A stretch of DNA of 64,000 bases from Candidatus Binataceae bacterium. GTDB taxonomy: Bacteria > Desulfobacterota > Binatia > Binatales > Binataceae. The stretch covers positions 10,561 to 74,560 of the forward strand of contig DASZGF010000205.1 of assembly GCA_035939115.1 (NCBI GenBank), written 5' to 3'. The notes beneath the pieces are model-generated. The model did not search any database, was not told the DNA's origin, and saw only the letters and a program-made list of their open reading frames with translations. Below are positions 22,782-32,900 of this stretch, one piece after another. The translations under genes were made by a program, and so were the position numbers. How positions within the stretch are numbered: the first letter of the stretch is position 1; each line of letters opens with the position of its first letter.

Positions 22782-23168
22782 CTAAATCCGGCCCCGGGCC
22801 GCGGACATCCCCTGCTCAAACAATTGCATCACCAGCGCCGCGCCGGTGGAAGCCGCACTCTCCGCCTGGAACGTTTGCGAAACAGCCGCCCACAGTCCCT
22901 GCAGATTGCCGTTTCTAGCGGCGGGTTTCTCGGGATGCTCAGAGCCTGGCTCCTCTTCCGCGCCCATCAGACCCGTAACAAATTGCGCGACACCCGCCGC
23001 GCCCTGCTCCATCAGGCTCTCCAGAGTTGCCCTTGCAGTTGCGGAGAGGGCTTGGAACTCTTCCGACTCGCTGATCGTCTGCCAGGCTTTGGTGAGGTCA
23101 TCGATTCCATTGGGTCCAGCCTTGGTGCCGAGATAAAAGCCGAGGGCGAAGCCCAGTAAAGTCCCCAT
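22782..23168 (-). CDS. Hypothetical protein with an N-terminal hydrophobic anchor (YtxH-like N-terminus)
   Basis: ATG 23168 is preceded by an aaggagg SD. MGTLLGFALGFYLGTKAG..., the rest is Ala/Glu/Gln-rich. Lies between hypF and hypA. Confidence 0.45.
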   Translation of the reverse strand: MGTLLGFALGFYLGTKAGPNGIDDLTKAWQTISESEEFQALSATARATLESLMEQGAAGVAQFVTGLMGAEEEPGSEHPEKPAARNGNLQGLWAAVSQTFQAESAASTGAALVMQLFEQGMSAARGRI

Positions 23169-23247
23169 TGCGAAATCCTCCTTGGCCGCGTTCTTCTTCC
23201 TGACGATCATTTCAAACTCTGCAAGCGGCCCCGCGGGCCGCCAGCGC

Positions 23248-25684
23248 TCATAACCGTTCGCGAGCGGCGTCGCGAGCGGCGGCAATCGCAGCCTGACCGA
23301 AGGCGATACCGCCGTCGTTGGCGGGCACTCGCGAATGGGTAAGCACCCGGAATCCCATCATCTGAAGCCGCTGCGACGTGCGCTCGAGCAGCAAGGCGTT
23401 CTGGAACACGCCGCCGCTGATCGCGGTGGTGTTCAGATCATGTTCGCCGCGGATGATATCGCAAACAGCGACAATCGCCTCGGCCATCCCGTTGTGGAAA
23501 CGCGCGGCCACGATCTCACGCGGCGTGCCGGCGCAGACATCATCGACCAGGGCGCGCACCAGGTCCGCGCCGCTGATTCGAATCGCCTCGGAGCGGATGA
23601 TACCGGCGCGCTAAGCGCCGCGCTCCGCGATCTCCGCCATCTGCTCGAATTCGACCGCCGCCTGGCCTTCGTAGTTAACCTGGTCTCTCAATCCCGAGAT
23701 CGCCGCGGCGGCGTCAAACAACCGTCCCGCGCTGGATGTCATGGGCGAGTTCACCTTTGCGCGCATGGCAGCGGCAACGGCGCTCCAATGGCTGCGATTG
23801 CGTTTGAACACCTCCAGGCCGGCCGGCAGTTCATCTCCATAGAGCAGGTCGAGATAAGCCAGCGCCATTCGCCACGGCTGCCTGATTGCGGCGGCGCCTC
23901 CCGGCATCGGCACCGGCTCGAAGTAAGCTCCGCGCCGAAAGCCACACAAATCAGCAATGAGGAATTCGCCGCCCCACATCATCGAGTCGGCCCCGTAACC
24001 CAGACCGTCGAACGCGACGCCGATTGCCGGTCCTTGCTCTCCATTGTCAGCCAGACACGCGGCGATGTGCGCATGATGGTGCTGGACGGCCATTAACTCG
24101 ACCGCGCGCAGGTCCAGCGCGTACTTGGTGGAGAGGTATTCGGGATGGAGATCATGGACCACCAGTTGCGGACTCAGCTCAAACGCTCGGCGGAAGTGCT
24201 CGATCCCTTCGGTAAAAGCGCGCAGGCTTCGATAATTCTCGAGGTCTCCAATATGGTGCGAGAGAAAGGCGCTGCGATCGCGCACCAGGCAGAAGGTGTT
24301 TTTCAATTCGGCGCCGCAACTCAGTATCGGGCGGCGCGCGCATAGCGGCAGCGCCAGCGGCGCGGGCGCATAGCCGCGCGAACGGCGGATCGGCATCTCG
24401 CGTCCGGAAAAGACGCGCACCACCGAGTCGTCGGTGCGGATATGAATCGGGCGATCGTGGGTCAGGAAGAAATCGGCGATTGCGCCCAGGCGCTCCATCG
24501 CGTCATCGTCGCGATAGGCAATCGGCTCGTCGGAGAAGTTGCCACTGGTCAGCACCATCGGCTGGTCCAAGGCGTCGCACAGCAGATGGTGCAGCGGCGT
24601 GTAGGGAAGCATCACACCGACGAAACGATTGCCTGGAGCCACGGCGGCCGCCAGCGGCGCCTGCGGACGGCGGGGAACCAACACGATCGGCCGGCGCGCG
24701 CTGCTTAACACCCGCTCTTGCGCCTCATCGATCACGGCCAGCTGCCGCGCCGCGCCGATATCGGCAGCCATCACGGCGAACGGCTTGTCCTCGCGATGCT
24801 TGCGCGCCCGCAGTGCGCTTACCACTACTTCATTGGCAGCAGCCGCTGCGAGATGATGGCCGCCCAATCCTTTGATTGCGATAATATGCCCCGCCGCAAG
24901 TAGCCGCGCAGCAATATCGATCGGATTTCCCGGCTGTTCTTTTCCCTTCCCCCGACCAACGAGATCTTTCCCTTCTCTCCGCTCCCCCTGACCAGGGAGA
25001 GCTCTCCTTTCTCTACCCTCTCCCTGACCAGAGAAAGGGTTAGGGTGAGGGTGCGCTTGAGCGCCGGCGCGATCGACAAGGCGCAGACGCGGTCCGCAAT
25101 CGGGGCATGAGATCGGCTGTGCATGGAAGCGGCGATCGCCCGGGTCGTGGTATTCCCGCGCGCACAGTGCGCACATCGCAAAGCCCGCCATCGTAGTGAA
25201 GGGCCGGTCGTACGGAGTGTCTCGGATGATGGTGAAGCGGGGACCGCAGTTGGTGCAGTTGGTGAAGGGGTAACGGTAGCGGCGGTCGGAGGGGTCGAAG
25301 ATCTCATGCAAGCAGTCGGCGCAGGTTGCAGTATCAGGCGCGATCAACGTCTGGCGCGACCCTTCGGGACGGCTGGCGACAATCCTGAATTCGCCCTCGC
25401 CCAGCGCCGCAATCGGCGTGGTGGACAAGCGATCGACCGACGCCAGGACCGGCGCGTCGCTTTGCAGGCGAGCGATGAATTCGACGACACTTGGTGGAGC
25501 GCCTTCAACCTCGATAGTTAACTCCGCGCTGATCGTTTGCCACATAACCGCCGAGCTCCAACCGCGCCGCCAACGCGTAAATGAACGGGCGAAAGCCAAC
25601 TCCTTGCACAATACCTTCGACTCGGATTAGCGTCCGAATAATGGGAGTCGCGCCAGGGGTTATGATAGAATTGGCTTGACTCAT
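23248..25684 (-). pseudogene. hypF: Carbamoyltransferase HypF carrying a frameshift, an in-frame repeat insertion and an in-frame TAG
   Basis: The acylphosphatase part (RVEGIVQGVGFRPFIYALAARLELGGYVANDQRGV) is in the frame of ORF 25505..26005. A shift near 25520-25530 leads into ORF 23611..25611, which holds the Zn fingers CADC...CTNCGPRF and CALC...CPDCGPRL, the YrdC-like IIAIKGLGGHHL and a Kae1-like part. TAG at 23611-23613 is in frame with the C-terminal ORF 23248..23559. Confidence 0.85.
24948..25063. repeat. Copy of the ccctctccc/gggagaggg palindromic repeat family, inserted in-frame inside hypF
   Basis: ...ctccccctgaccagggagag...ccctctccctgaccagagaaagggttagggtgagggtg. It is translated as AHPHPNPFSGQGEGRERRALPGQGERREGKDLVGRGKGKEQ between the Zn-finger and YrdC-like domains. 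Confidence 0.7.
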
Positions 25685-25747
25685 CGGGCCCACATAATCG
25701 GCGCATTGCTTGAGGCTCGCAGCGCCGCACCACATCGAGGTTTTACC

Positions 25748-26008
25748 ATGTGCCTGGGCATAGTCGGCCAAGTCGTCGCGCTTTCTGAAGAACATCCCGA
25801 ACTGGCCACCGTGGACGTCGCCGGCGCCCCGCGCGACATCAACATCATGATGCTGGCTGAGCAGGGACTTGAGTGCGGCGACTGGATTCTGATCCATGCC
25901 GGCTTCGCGATGGAAAAGATCGACGAAGCCACCGCCGGCGAGCAGATGGCGGCGCTGCGCGAATACACTGGTAGTCCGCCGGAAATCGATGATGTGGAGG
26001 AGCAATGA
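25748..26008 (+). CDS. hypC: Hydrogenase assembly chaperone HypC/HupF family
   Basis: MCLGIVGQVV...DWILIHAGFAMEKID. Divergent from hypF. Confidence 0.85.
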   Translation: MCLGIVGQVVALSEEHPELATVDVAGAPRDINIMMLAEQGLECGDWILIHAGFAMEKIDEATAGEQMAALREYTGSPPEIDDVEEQ

Positions 26009-26063
26009 GGGGCCATATGACGCAATACGGCGCCGCTGGCAGTGAAGTTCGCCGGAGTCGAGG

Positions 26064-26348
26064 GTGAAGTTCCTGGTGATTAGGCAAATCGAGATTTCGC
26101 TGTTGTCGCGCGAGATCCTGAAGTCGGTGGCCAGGATGCCAGACTATGCGCAGCCGTTAGAGAAACAGGGCAAGATCCTCGCCCGCTATCACATCCCCGG
26201 CTCACACGGCGGGGCGTGGATCTACAACGTCGGCTCCAACGAGGAACTAGATATGCTGCTCGCGCGCTCGCCCGTGTACAACTACTCCCGCTACCAGGTC
26301 TATCCGCTGGCCGACATGACGCCGCCAGGGTTTGCGCCGCCGCAGTGA
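26064..26348 (+). CDS. Muconolactone delta-isomerase-like small alpha+beta protein
   Basis: 94 aa. (V)KFLVIRQIEISL...YHIPGSHGGAWIYNVGSNEELDMLLARSPVYNYSRYQVYPL resembles the MIase family. GTG start. Confidence 0.5.
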   Translation: MKFLVIRQIEISLLSREILKSVARMPDYAQPLEKQGKILARYHIPGSHGGAWIYNVGSNEELDMLLARSPVYNYSRYQVYPLADMTPPGFAPPQ

Positions 26349-26424
26349 GGGCGCGCAGCATCGGGAGACGAAGCACGCAGGGAGGTTCCCCGCCGGTTTT
26401 GAAAACTGGCGCGAACTGCGCGGA

Positions 26425-26658
26425 CACCCTCGCCCTAACCCTCTCCCTGGACCAGGGAGAGGGAAAGAAAGAAATGATCACCCAATTCTTGATGCACCCT
26501 GCCGAGAAAGACATGCTCACTCTATTCGTGATCCACTCTGCCCAAACAGCGAGAAAATTTCTGATTAACCCTCGGCGAATAGAATTTCCCTCTCCCTGAC
26601 CTCTTTCCGTCCCCTCTCCCTGACCACACCTGGTCAGGGAGAGGGCTAGGGTGAGGGT
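26425..26658. repeat. MITE-like unit: two inverted copies of the palindromic repeat family flanking an A+T-richer core
   Basis: Left end: caccctcgccctaaccctctccctgg|accagggagaggg. Right end: ccctctccctgaccacacctggtcagggagagggctagggtgagggt. The outer about 24 nt are reverse complements of each other with two mismatches. Confidence 0.6.
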
Positions 26659-26693
26659 AACTTCTGAGAAATAAAACCATTCCTCGCCCCATC

Positions 26694-27744
26694 TCAGCAA
26701 ATTCTTGGCAGCGCTTCGCCGAACGGCAGGTCCAGGACGCGCTCGCCGCCGACCGGCGTTTTTAGGATTACGAATCCCGGATGACTTTCCGTCACCCGAC
26801 CGATGCGCGCAGCGTCGCGCCCCAGCGGATTGCTGCGCAGCGCCTCCAGCACGCGCCCACTGTGCTGCCCGGGCACGAACGCGACCAGCTTGCCTTCATT
26901 GGCGACCAGCAGCGGATCGAGGCCGAAAATCTCGCACGCTCCACGCACGGTATCGCGTATCGGGATCGACGTCTCTTCCACCTCGATCCCCAGATGGCGG
27001 CGCGAGGCGAACTCGACCAGCGTGGCCGCAAGTCCCCCGCGCGTCGGATCCCGCATCGCGTGTATTCCCGGATACGCGCCGAGCGCCGCGGCAGCCAGTT
27101 CATGCAGCGGCGCGGTGTCACTCAGCAACTCGCCTTCGAACTCCAACCCCTCGCGCCGCGACAGGATCGCGATGCCATGGTCGCCAATCGTGCCCGACAG
27201 CAGAATCGCGTCGCCGGGCCTGATGCGGCACGACGAAAGCTCGATTCCTGCGGGAACCACGCCGATCCCCGACGTATTGACGAAAATCTTGTCGCCGCTG
27301 CCTTTGCCGACGACCTTGGTATCGCCGGTTACGATCCGCACGCCGGCGCGCTGCGCGGCGCGCGGATTCCACCACGCGCTCCAGGTCGGCCAGCGGCAAT
27401 CCTTCCTCGAGGATAAAAGCGAGCGAGAGATAAAGCGGTTGCGCCCCGCCCATCGCGAGGTCGTTGACCGTGCCATTGACGGCAAGATCGCCGATATCGC
27501 CGCCGGGAAAGAAAATCGGCGTCACCACATATGAATCGGTGGTGAACGCCAAGCGCGCGCCGCCCACCGAAAAGACCGCCTGATCGTCAAGCAACTCCAG
27601 CTCCGGATTGCGAAACGCGGGCAGGATCAGGTTTTCGATAAGCTGGGCGCTGAGCTTGCCGCCGCTGCCATGGCCCATCAGCACCTCGGCGACCTGGTTG
27701 ATTGGCAGCGGGCATCGCCCGAAAGGCGTTTCCTCAGATGACAT
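26694..27744 (-). pseudogene. hypE: Hydrogenase maturation protein HypE with one frameshift
   Basis: N-terminal part in ORF 27118..27762 (…[11 protein letters not shown]…[18 protein letters not shown]…). C-terminal part in ORF 26694..27485 (…[11 protein letters not shown]…MRDPTRGGLA…ALPRIC). The frames meet in the GC-repeat gcgcgccgcgcagcgcgcc near 27345-27355. Confidence 0.85.
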
Positions 27745-28315
27745 CGTCCGCTCCCATCGCAACGTGCAGCAGGTCCCACAACAGATGGAGCAGCGCGGTG
27801 TGGGTTTCCTGGATGCGGTGAATTGACCACGATTTCACGGTAAAGCAGTAATCGCACAGCGCCGGCATCTGCCCGCCGTCGCGCCCGGCGAAGCCAACGG
27901 TCAGGAGGCCCTTGTCACGCGCCCGCCGCAGCGCCCGATTGACGTTGGCCGACGCGCCCGAGGTCGAGATGCCCAGCGCTATGTCTTCGGGCCGCGCGAG
28001 CAGTTCGAGCTGGTCGATAAACACGTAGGAAAAATCCTTATCGTTGCCGATCGCGGTCAGCGTGGCAGTGTCGATAGTCAGCGCGAATGCCGGCAGGGGC
28101 TTGCGCTTTTCGATTATGGGATGTTGGAATTCCACCGCGACGTGCTGTGCGTCGCAGGCCGAGCCGCCGTTGCCCATCGCAATCAACCTGCCACCGCGGC
28201 TGAAACGTTCGCTGATGTCGTGGACGCATCGCTCCAGCGAGTCAGCGTTTTCGGCGAAAAAGCCCACCATTAGATCGGCGATCTCGCGCGCCTTGCGGAG
28301 GATCGCCTCTCTCAT
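27734..28315 (-). CDS. SIS-domain protein (GmhA/phosphoheptose-isomerase-like) embedded in the hyp cluster
   Basis: [23 protein letters not shown]...[17 protein letters not shown] overlap with the hypD stop. Its 3' end overlaps the hypE start. Confidence 0.8.
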   Translation of the reverse strand: MREAILRKAREIADLMVGFFAENADSLERCVHDISERFSRGGRLIAMGNGGSACDAQHVAVEFQHPIIEKRKPLPAFALTIDTATLTAIGNDKDFSYVFIDQLELLARPEDIALGISTSGASANVNRALRRARDKGLLTVGFAGRDGGQMPALCDYCFTVKSWSIHRIQETHTALLHLLWDLLHVAMGADDVI

Positions 28316-29451
28316 TTGCCGGCGGCTCTCGCGGAGTTCCCCGGCGCAACCGAGCCGTTGGTGTCGAGGTAGCGTCCATACTGGTAGTAGGCGGCGCACG
28401 CCCCTTCAGCCGACACCATCGTCGCGCCCAGCGGGTTTTGCGGCGTGCATTGCTTGCCGAACGCCGGACAATCGCAAGGTTTCTTGAGGCCGCGCAGGAT
28501 TGGGCCGCTGATACATTCGGCCGGCTCGCGGGTCTCGATTTCATCGACCTCGAAGATCTTTTCCGCGTCGTGGTCGCGGTATTCGTAGGCAACCTTGTAA
28601 CCCGACTTGGGAATCGACCCGACGCCGCGCCATTTGCGGTCGCCAATCTCGAACACCTCGAAGATCAGATCGCGCGCCGCCCGGTTGCCGTCCCGTGTGA
28701 CCGCCCGCACGTACTGATTTTCGACTTCCGCGCGGCCCTCTTGGAGCTGGCGCACCGCCATCAGGATTCCTTCCAGTATGTCGAGCGGCTCGAATCCGGT
28801 GATGACGATTGGTACGCGATAGCGCTCGCACAGCGATTCGTACTCGCGGTAGCCCATCACCGCGCATACGTGGCCGGGCCCCAGGAAGGCCTGCACACGA
28901 TTTCCCGGCGCCTGCAGGATCGCCGCGATCGACGGCGGCACCAGCACGTGCGACACCAGCATCGAGAAGTTTTTGACGCCCAGCCGCCTGGCCTGATGAA
29001 GCGCCATCGCGTTGGCGGGCGCCGTGGTCTCAAAGCCGATGCCGAAGAAGACTACCTGGCGGGCGGGATTTTCGCGCGCGATCCGCACCGCGTCCAGCGG
29101 CGAGTAGACCACCCGCACGTCGGCGCCGCGGCCCCTGAGCGTGAGCAGGTCGCCGCGCGAGCCGGGCACCCGCAGCATGTCGCCGAAGGACGTGAAGATC
29201 ACGCCGGGACGCTGCGCGATGGCGTGCGCGCGATCGATCATCTCCAGCGAGGTCACGCACACCGGGCATCCGGGGCCATGGACCAGTTCGACCGCATTCG
29301 GGATCATCCGGTCGATCCCGTAGCGAACGATCGAATGGGTCTGGCCGCCGCACACCTCCATCAGCACCCATGGCCGGGTGACCATTTCGCCGATCCTGCG
29401 GGTCAGCGCGCCGGCGATTTCGCTGCTACGGTATTCGTCGAGGTATTTCAC
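28312..29451 (-). CDS. hypD: Hydrogenase maturation protein HypD
   Basis: [32 protein letters not shown]. Confidence 0.92.
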   Translation of the reverse strand: MKYLDEYRSSEIAGALTRRIGEMVTRPWVLMEVCGGQTHSIVRYGIDRMIPNAVELVHGPGCPVCVTSLEMIDRAHAIAQRPGVIFTSFGDMLRVPGSRGDLLTLRGRGADVRVVYSPLDAVRIARENPARQVVFFGIGFETTAPANAMALHQARRLGVKNFSMLVSHVLVPPSIAAILQAPGNRVQAFLGPGHVCAVMGYREYESLCERYRVPIVITGFEPLDILEGILMAVRQLQEGRAEVENQYVRAVTRDGNRAARDLIFEVFEIGDRKWRGVGSIPKSGYKVAYEYRDHDAEKIFEVDEIETREPAECISGPILRGLKKPCDCPAFGKQCTPQNPLGATMVSAEGACAAYYQYGRYLDTNGSVAPGNSARAAGK

Positions 29452-29716
29452 GGCTGCCCTCCGATGCAGGGGCGTCGGCGGTCAATTCCGCGGTCTGGCC
29501 CAACTCTTCGAGCACTCGATAGGCGCGCGCGGCCTCCTCCGGATCGATTTTGGAGATCGCGAAACCGACGTGGACCACCACGAACTCGCCCGGCATCGCC
29601 TCGGGCACGTACTGCAAACAGACCTCGCGCGTGATACCGGCGAAGCGCACTTTGCCCACGCGCAGCCCCTTGTCGTCGCGAACCTCGAGGATCTCACCGG
29701 GGATGCCCAGACACAT
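29426..29716 (-). CDS. hypC: Hydrogenase assembly chaperone HypC (second copy)
   Basis: [12 protein letters not shown]...[15 protein letters not shown]. Confidence 0.88.
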   Translation of the reverse strand: MCLGIPGEILEVRDDKGLRVGKVRFAGITREVCLQYVPEAMPGEFVVVHVGFAISKIDPEEAARAYRVLEELGQTAELTADAPASEGSREIPRRIP

Positions 29717-29739
29717 CGAACTCTCCTTGGGTGCGGCGC

Positions 29740-30249
29740 TCAGTCCTGTTTTGCGGCCACCACGCGTCCGCGCACCGTTACATCGGGATAAACTTTCAAC
29801 ATCAGGATGCGTGGCGGAGTCAGGCCGAAATCTCGGATGTCGAAAACCTTCTCGCCTTCGACCTCGAAGGTACCGTCGTCAAGGACGCTCAAGGTCACCT
29901 CGCCCTCGACGGTTTTGGTCACGCCGTGAAGAGAAAGATTTCCGCGCACCTTGTAGCGTTTCGCATCGAGTTCCGTGACTTCGAGTATCTCGCCTCGGAT
30001 GCGCGGGAATTTGCGAGTGTCCAGTTGGCGCGGCAGTTCGTGATCGTAGAGCACGTTGCCGGTCTTGAGGCTTTCCACGTCGACGTCGATCCGGCCCTGC
30101 GGCGCAACCTTCAGGTCGGGCGCGCCGCCGTTCAGCTCGATTTCTATGTATCCCGTCACTCCCGCGCTCTCCGCTTTGATCGGATGGAGGCTGGAGCGCG
30201 CCTCAGCCCAGATACGGGAGCGCTCCGGGATTATCTTGAAGCGCTCCAT
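29740..30249 (-). CDS. YceI-like domain protein
   Basis: ...SLKTGNVLYDHELPRQLDTRKFP...LSLHGVTKTVEG... is typical of the YceI lipid/polyisoprenoid-binding fold. Confidence 0.7.
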   Translation of the reverse strand: MERFKIIPERSRIWAEARSSLHPIKAESAGVTGYIEIELNGGAPDLKVAPQGRIDVDVESLKTGNVLYDHELPRQLDTRKFPRIRGEILEVTELDAKRYKVRGNLSLHGVTKTVEGEVTLSVLDDGTFEVEGEKVFDIRDFGLTPPRILMLKVYPDVTVRGRVVAAKQD

Positions 30250-30252
30250 CGC

Positions 30253-30354
30253 TCACATCTCGCGTATCTTTATGTAGCGCGCGATGTCCGGAATCGACGA
30301 TACCACCACGTAAGCGACTGCCAGCAGCGCAAGGATACCCACGAGACGTTTCAT
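30253..30354 (-). CDS. 33-aa single-TM miniprotein
   Basis: MKRLVGILALLAVAYVVVSSIPDIARYIKIREM. ATG 30354 is preceded by an aggagg SD and forms an ATGA overlap with the protease stop codon. Confidence 0.5.
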   Translation of the reverse strand: MKRLVGILALLAVAYVVVSSIPDIARYIKIREM

Positions 30355-30893
30355 GTTTCTTTCTCCTCCTGGTTGGCCGAGGGGGATCGTTCTCCGCCCG
30401 CGGGCTTCGACGTAACTTCTTCCTGAATCAGCCGGCACACCACCGTGCAGGCCTCGCCTACGGCGTGTTCGACGGCCTGGGTCAGACCCATCCGTTCACT
30501 GAGGTCGGCCGGCTCGCAGCCAACGATTACCACCCGTCCGACCTTACCGCCCAGGTCTTTCAGAATGCCCAGGACCATCTCCGGATCCATGCCGTGAGCG
30601 TCGAGCAGGAACCCACTTTCAGTGCGTTGCAATGTTTCAGGCTGCTCGAAATCAGGCTCTATAACGAAGATCGTGCCGGGCGCTTCTCCCCTCGACGCCG
30701 CGTCGATCAGGATAAGAGTATCGTATCCCTCCAGGAGCTGATAAGCGAGGTGAACGCCGCGGATGCCGAAGTCGGCAACATCGACGCCTTGCGGAAACGT
30801 CTCGCTGCCAAGGCGCCGCGCGACCTCAACGCCGAATCCGTCGTCGCCCAAAAAAATATTACCCACGCCGGCAACCAGGATACGTTGCTTCAT
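30351..30893 (-). CDS. hupD: [NiFe] hydrogenase maturation endopeptidase (HupD/HyaD-like)
   Basis: ILVAGVGNIFLGDDGFGVEV...LILIDA...DAHGMDP. Confidence 0.88.
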   Translation of the reverse strand: MKQRILVAGVGNIFLGDDGFGVEVARRLGSETFPQGVDVADFGIRGVHLAYQLLEGYDTLILIDAASRGEAPGTIFVIEPDFEQPETLQRTESGFLLDAHGMDPEMVLGILKDLGGKVGRVVIVGCEPADLSERMGLTQAVEHAVGEACTVVCRLIQEEVTSKPAGGERSPSANQEEKET

Positions 30894-32257
30894 GACCGCT
30901 CCTCAAAGGGTTCGACTTCGTCGGGCTGGAAGTAAAGGAAGCGGCCGTGTGACTGGTAAAGGTCCGCGGCAGGATCGTCTTCGAGCGTCACCGCCAGGTA
31001 GCTGTTGTCATCGATATCGCGAAAAACCCCATGTACCCGAGCGGCGCGGCCGTCCAGGAACATGTCCTGGGCGTCGGCGCGCTGCATCCTCGGCCGCAGG
31101 CGCACGCGGCTGCCCTTGGCTATCGCGACGCCGGCTACCTCTACACTATCAACCTCCGGACGCACCGAAGCGTCGGCTCCGGGGTCCCACCACGGAACAT
31201 CGGGTTGCTGGCTCCCAGGCTGGCGCAGTTGCTCGCCACCCGCCTCGCGCAAATAACGAATCGCGCCATGCAGGCGGTCGAGCACTTCGGGCGGCATGTT
31301 GTCGACCCGGTCGATAATAGCGGCGGCACGCGGATCGGTCGCGCGCGCCTCGCGCTTCTCTTCGTCGGTAAGCGTCATGGTGCGCAGGGTTAGAATCTCG
31401 TCAATTTCGGTCGCATCAAACAGGTCGGCAGGACTTTCCGGAGCCACTCGCGGGTGGTCTTCCAAAATGATCGGCGAAGAAAGAACCAGGTTGCGCTCGC
31501 CCGGCGCGCCCGCCATCACCGGCCACGTGCGTACGTTCACGCACGAATTCGCCACCCCCGCCGCCCATTGCGGCGGATCCTGCAACGAGACAAACGTCGC
31601 GTCCTCCACGCCCAGCAGCGCGTGGGCGCCAACGAAAAATGCCGTCAGCACCGCGTCGCGGGGGGCGTCCACAGCGGTCCATGGCGTCAGGTTCTCCTCG
31701 CGCAAGCGCACCTTGACCAGGGAATATGGACCGGGGATCGGCTCCACGTCGATTCGCAGCACTCCGCCGATCGCAGCCTGCTCGTGCAGGATTCGCGCGG
31801 CCAGCCTGCCGGCGCCATCGCCGACCTCTTCCACCCCAGCGCTATGCGAAAATTCAAACGGCACCTCGAGGCTCGCGCCCACGTTGGGATCGAGCGCAAC
31901 CGCGAAGTCCGCTTCACGCTCGATTCCCTCTTCCCACGACGTGTACAGGCGGCCGTCGATTTCAGCCGACGGCACCGGACGGAACATGCCAGAGCCTTCG
32001 GCAATCTCCACGCGGCGCGCAGCAATTTGCAGAAACCGCAGCTTGCCGGTCAGGTGCGTGCCGCCGGCGCATTCGACCAGGCATTCGGTTTGCCGCCACC
32101 AATGCTCGCATCCGCCGGCTTCGCTCCACGCGCGCGGAGCCAGCACGCCGAACTGCCATCGGAGCTGGTTCTTGCGCGCCGAGGCGCGATAAGGATACAG
32201 GATGTAGCCCTCGTAAAGGACGGCGTCGGCAATTTTGCGAGCGCGTTCGAAGTTCAT
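30890..32257 (-). CDS. Conserved hypothetical protein of Hhy-type hydrogenase clusters (455 aa)
   Basis: Intact ORF with 4-nt overlaps to both neighbours. No motif I can name. Confidence 0.6.
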   Translation of the reverse strand: MNFERARKIADAVLYEGYILYPYRASARKNQLRWQFGVLAPRAWSEAGGCEHWWRQTECLVECAGGTHLTGKLRFLQIAARRVEIAEGSGMFRPVPSAEIDGRLYTSWEEGIEREADFAVALDPNVGASLEVPFEFSHSAGVEEVGDGAGRLAARILHEQAAIGGVLRIDVEPIPGPYSLVKVRLREENLTPWTAVDAPRDAVLTAFFVGAHALLGVEDATFVSLQDPPQWAAGVANSCVNVRTWPVMAGAPGERNLVLSSPIILEDHPRVAPESPADLFDATEIDEILTLRTMTLTDEEKREARATDPRAAAIIDRVDNMPPEVLDRLHGAIRYLREAGGEQLRQPGSQQPDVPWWDPGADASVRPEVDSVEVAGVAIAKGSRVRLRPRMQRADAQDMFLDGRAARVHGVFRDIDDNSYLAVTLEDDPAADLYQSHGRFLYFQPDEVEPFEERS

Positions 32258-32895
32258 CGCGCTTTTTCTCCGGCGGCGTCCAGCAGGACCTCAATCACCT
32301 GGTCCCACGTCGCGATCGCGTTGCGCGCCTTGAATTTCAGTAATTGGTCCAAGGTGTCGCGATGCAGCCGGAGCCATCCGCCGTTGGGAAAGTATAGATC
32401 CAACAGATCGCGCCAGACGCGGACCGGCAGGCGGTAGCTGGCATCCTTATGCCAGGCAAGCTGAGTCACGCGCAAACCGGAGGGCGCCTTGGCAAACACG
32501 GAACCGTTGAACAAAAACAGCAGCGGCACCTCGCCTTCGCCCAGCGAATGGAGATACTTGGCGCCCGCGACCTCGAAGTCATATGTGCAGGGCACGTTGA
32601 GATCGATCTCCGTGCTCCCCGCGAATCCCGGCACCATCATGTCGGCATGCGTCCACAAAAACGGCTTGAGCGTATCGCCCCATTGCGGAGCCGCGCCGAA
32701 CAATTCGCGCAGCCGATCCTCTTCCTCTTTGGAATATCGCCGCCGCTGCGGTTCGATACGGATTTGGCAATGCAGCGCGACGGAATGGACCGTGGCGCCG
32801 GAGGGCTCATCAAGCCGCAGACGGAAAGCCAGCGTGGGGACGGCGGCGTAGGGCTGGGCTTTGGCGTCCAGCACGGCGAAATCGATCTCGCTCAT
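32254..32895 (-). CDS. Conserved hypothetical protein (resembles the DUF6084-type proteins of group 1h clusters)
   Basis: 213-aa intact ORF, translationally coupled downstream. The family assignment is from memory of synteny and is not verified. Confidence 0.55.
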   Translation of the reverse strand: MSEIDFAVLDAKAQPYAAVPTLAFRLRLDEPSGATVHSVALHCQIRIEPQRRRYSKEEEDRLRELFGAAPQWGDTLKPFLWTHADMMVPGFAGSTEIDLNVPCTYDFEVAGAKYLHSLGEGEVPLLFLFNGSVFAKAPSGLRVTQLAWHKDASYRLPVRVWRDLLDLYFPNGGWLRLHRDTLDQLLKFKARNAIATWDQVIEVLLDAAGEKAR

Positions 32896-32900
32896 GGCGT

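Noticed and set aside
26080-26700. 206-aa minus-strand ORF between the MIase-like gene and hypE
   Set aside because: Its sequence is the translation of the palindromic repeats (…TLTLALSLTRCGQGEGTERGQGEG…) and of antisense coding sequence. No coding-like features are present.
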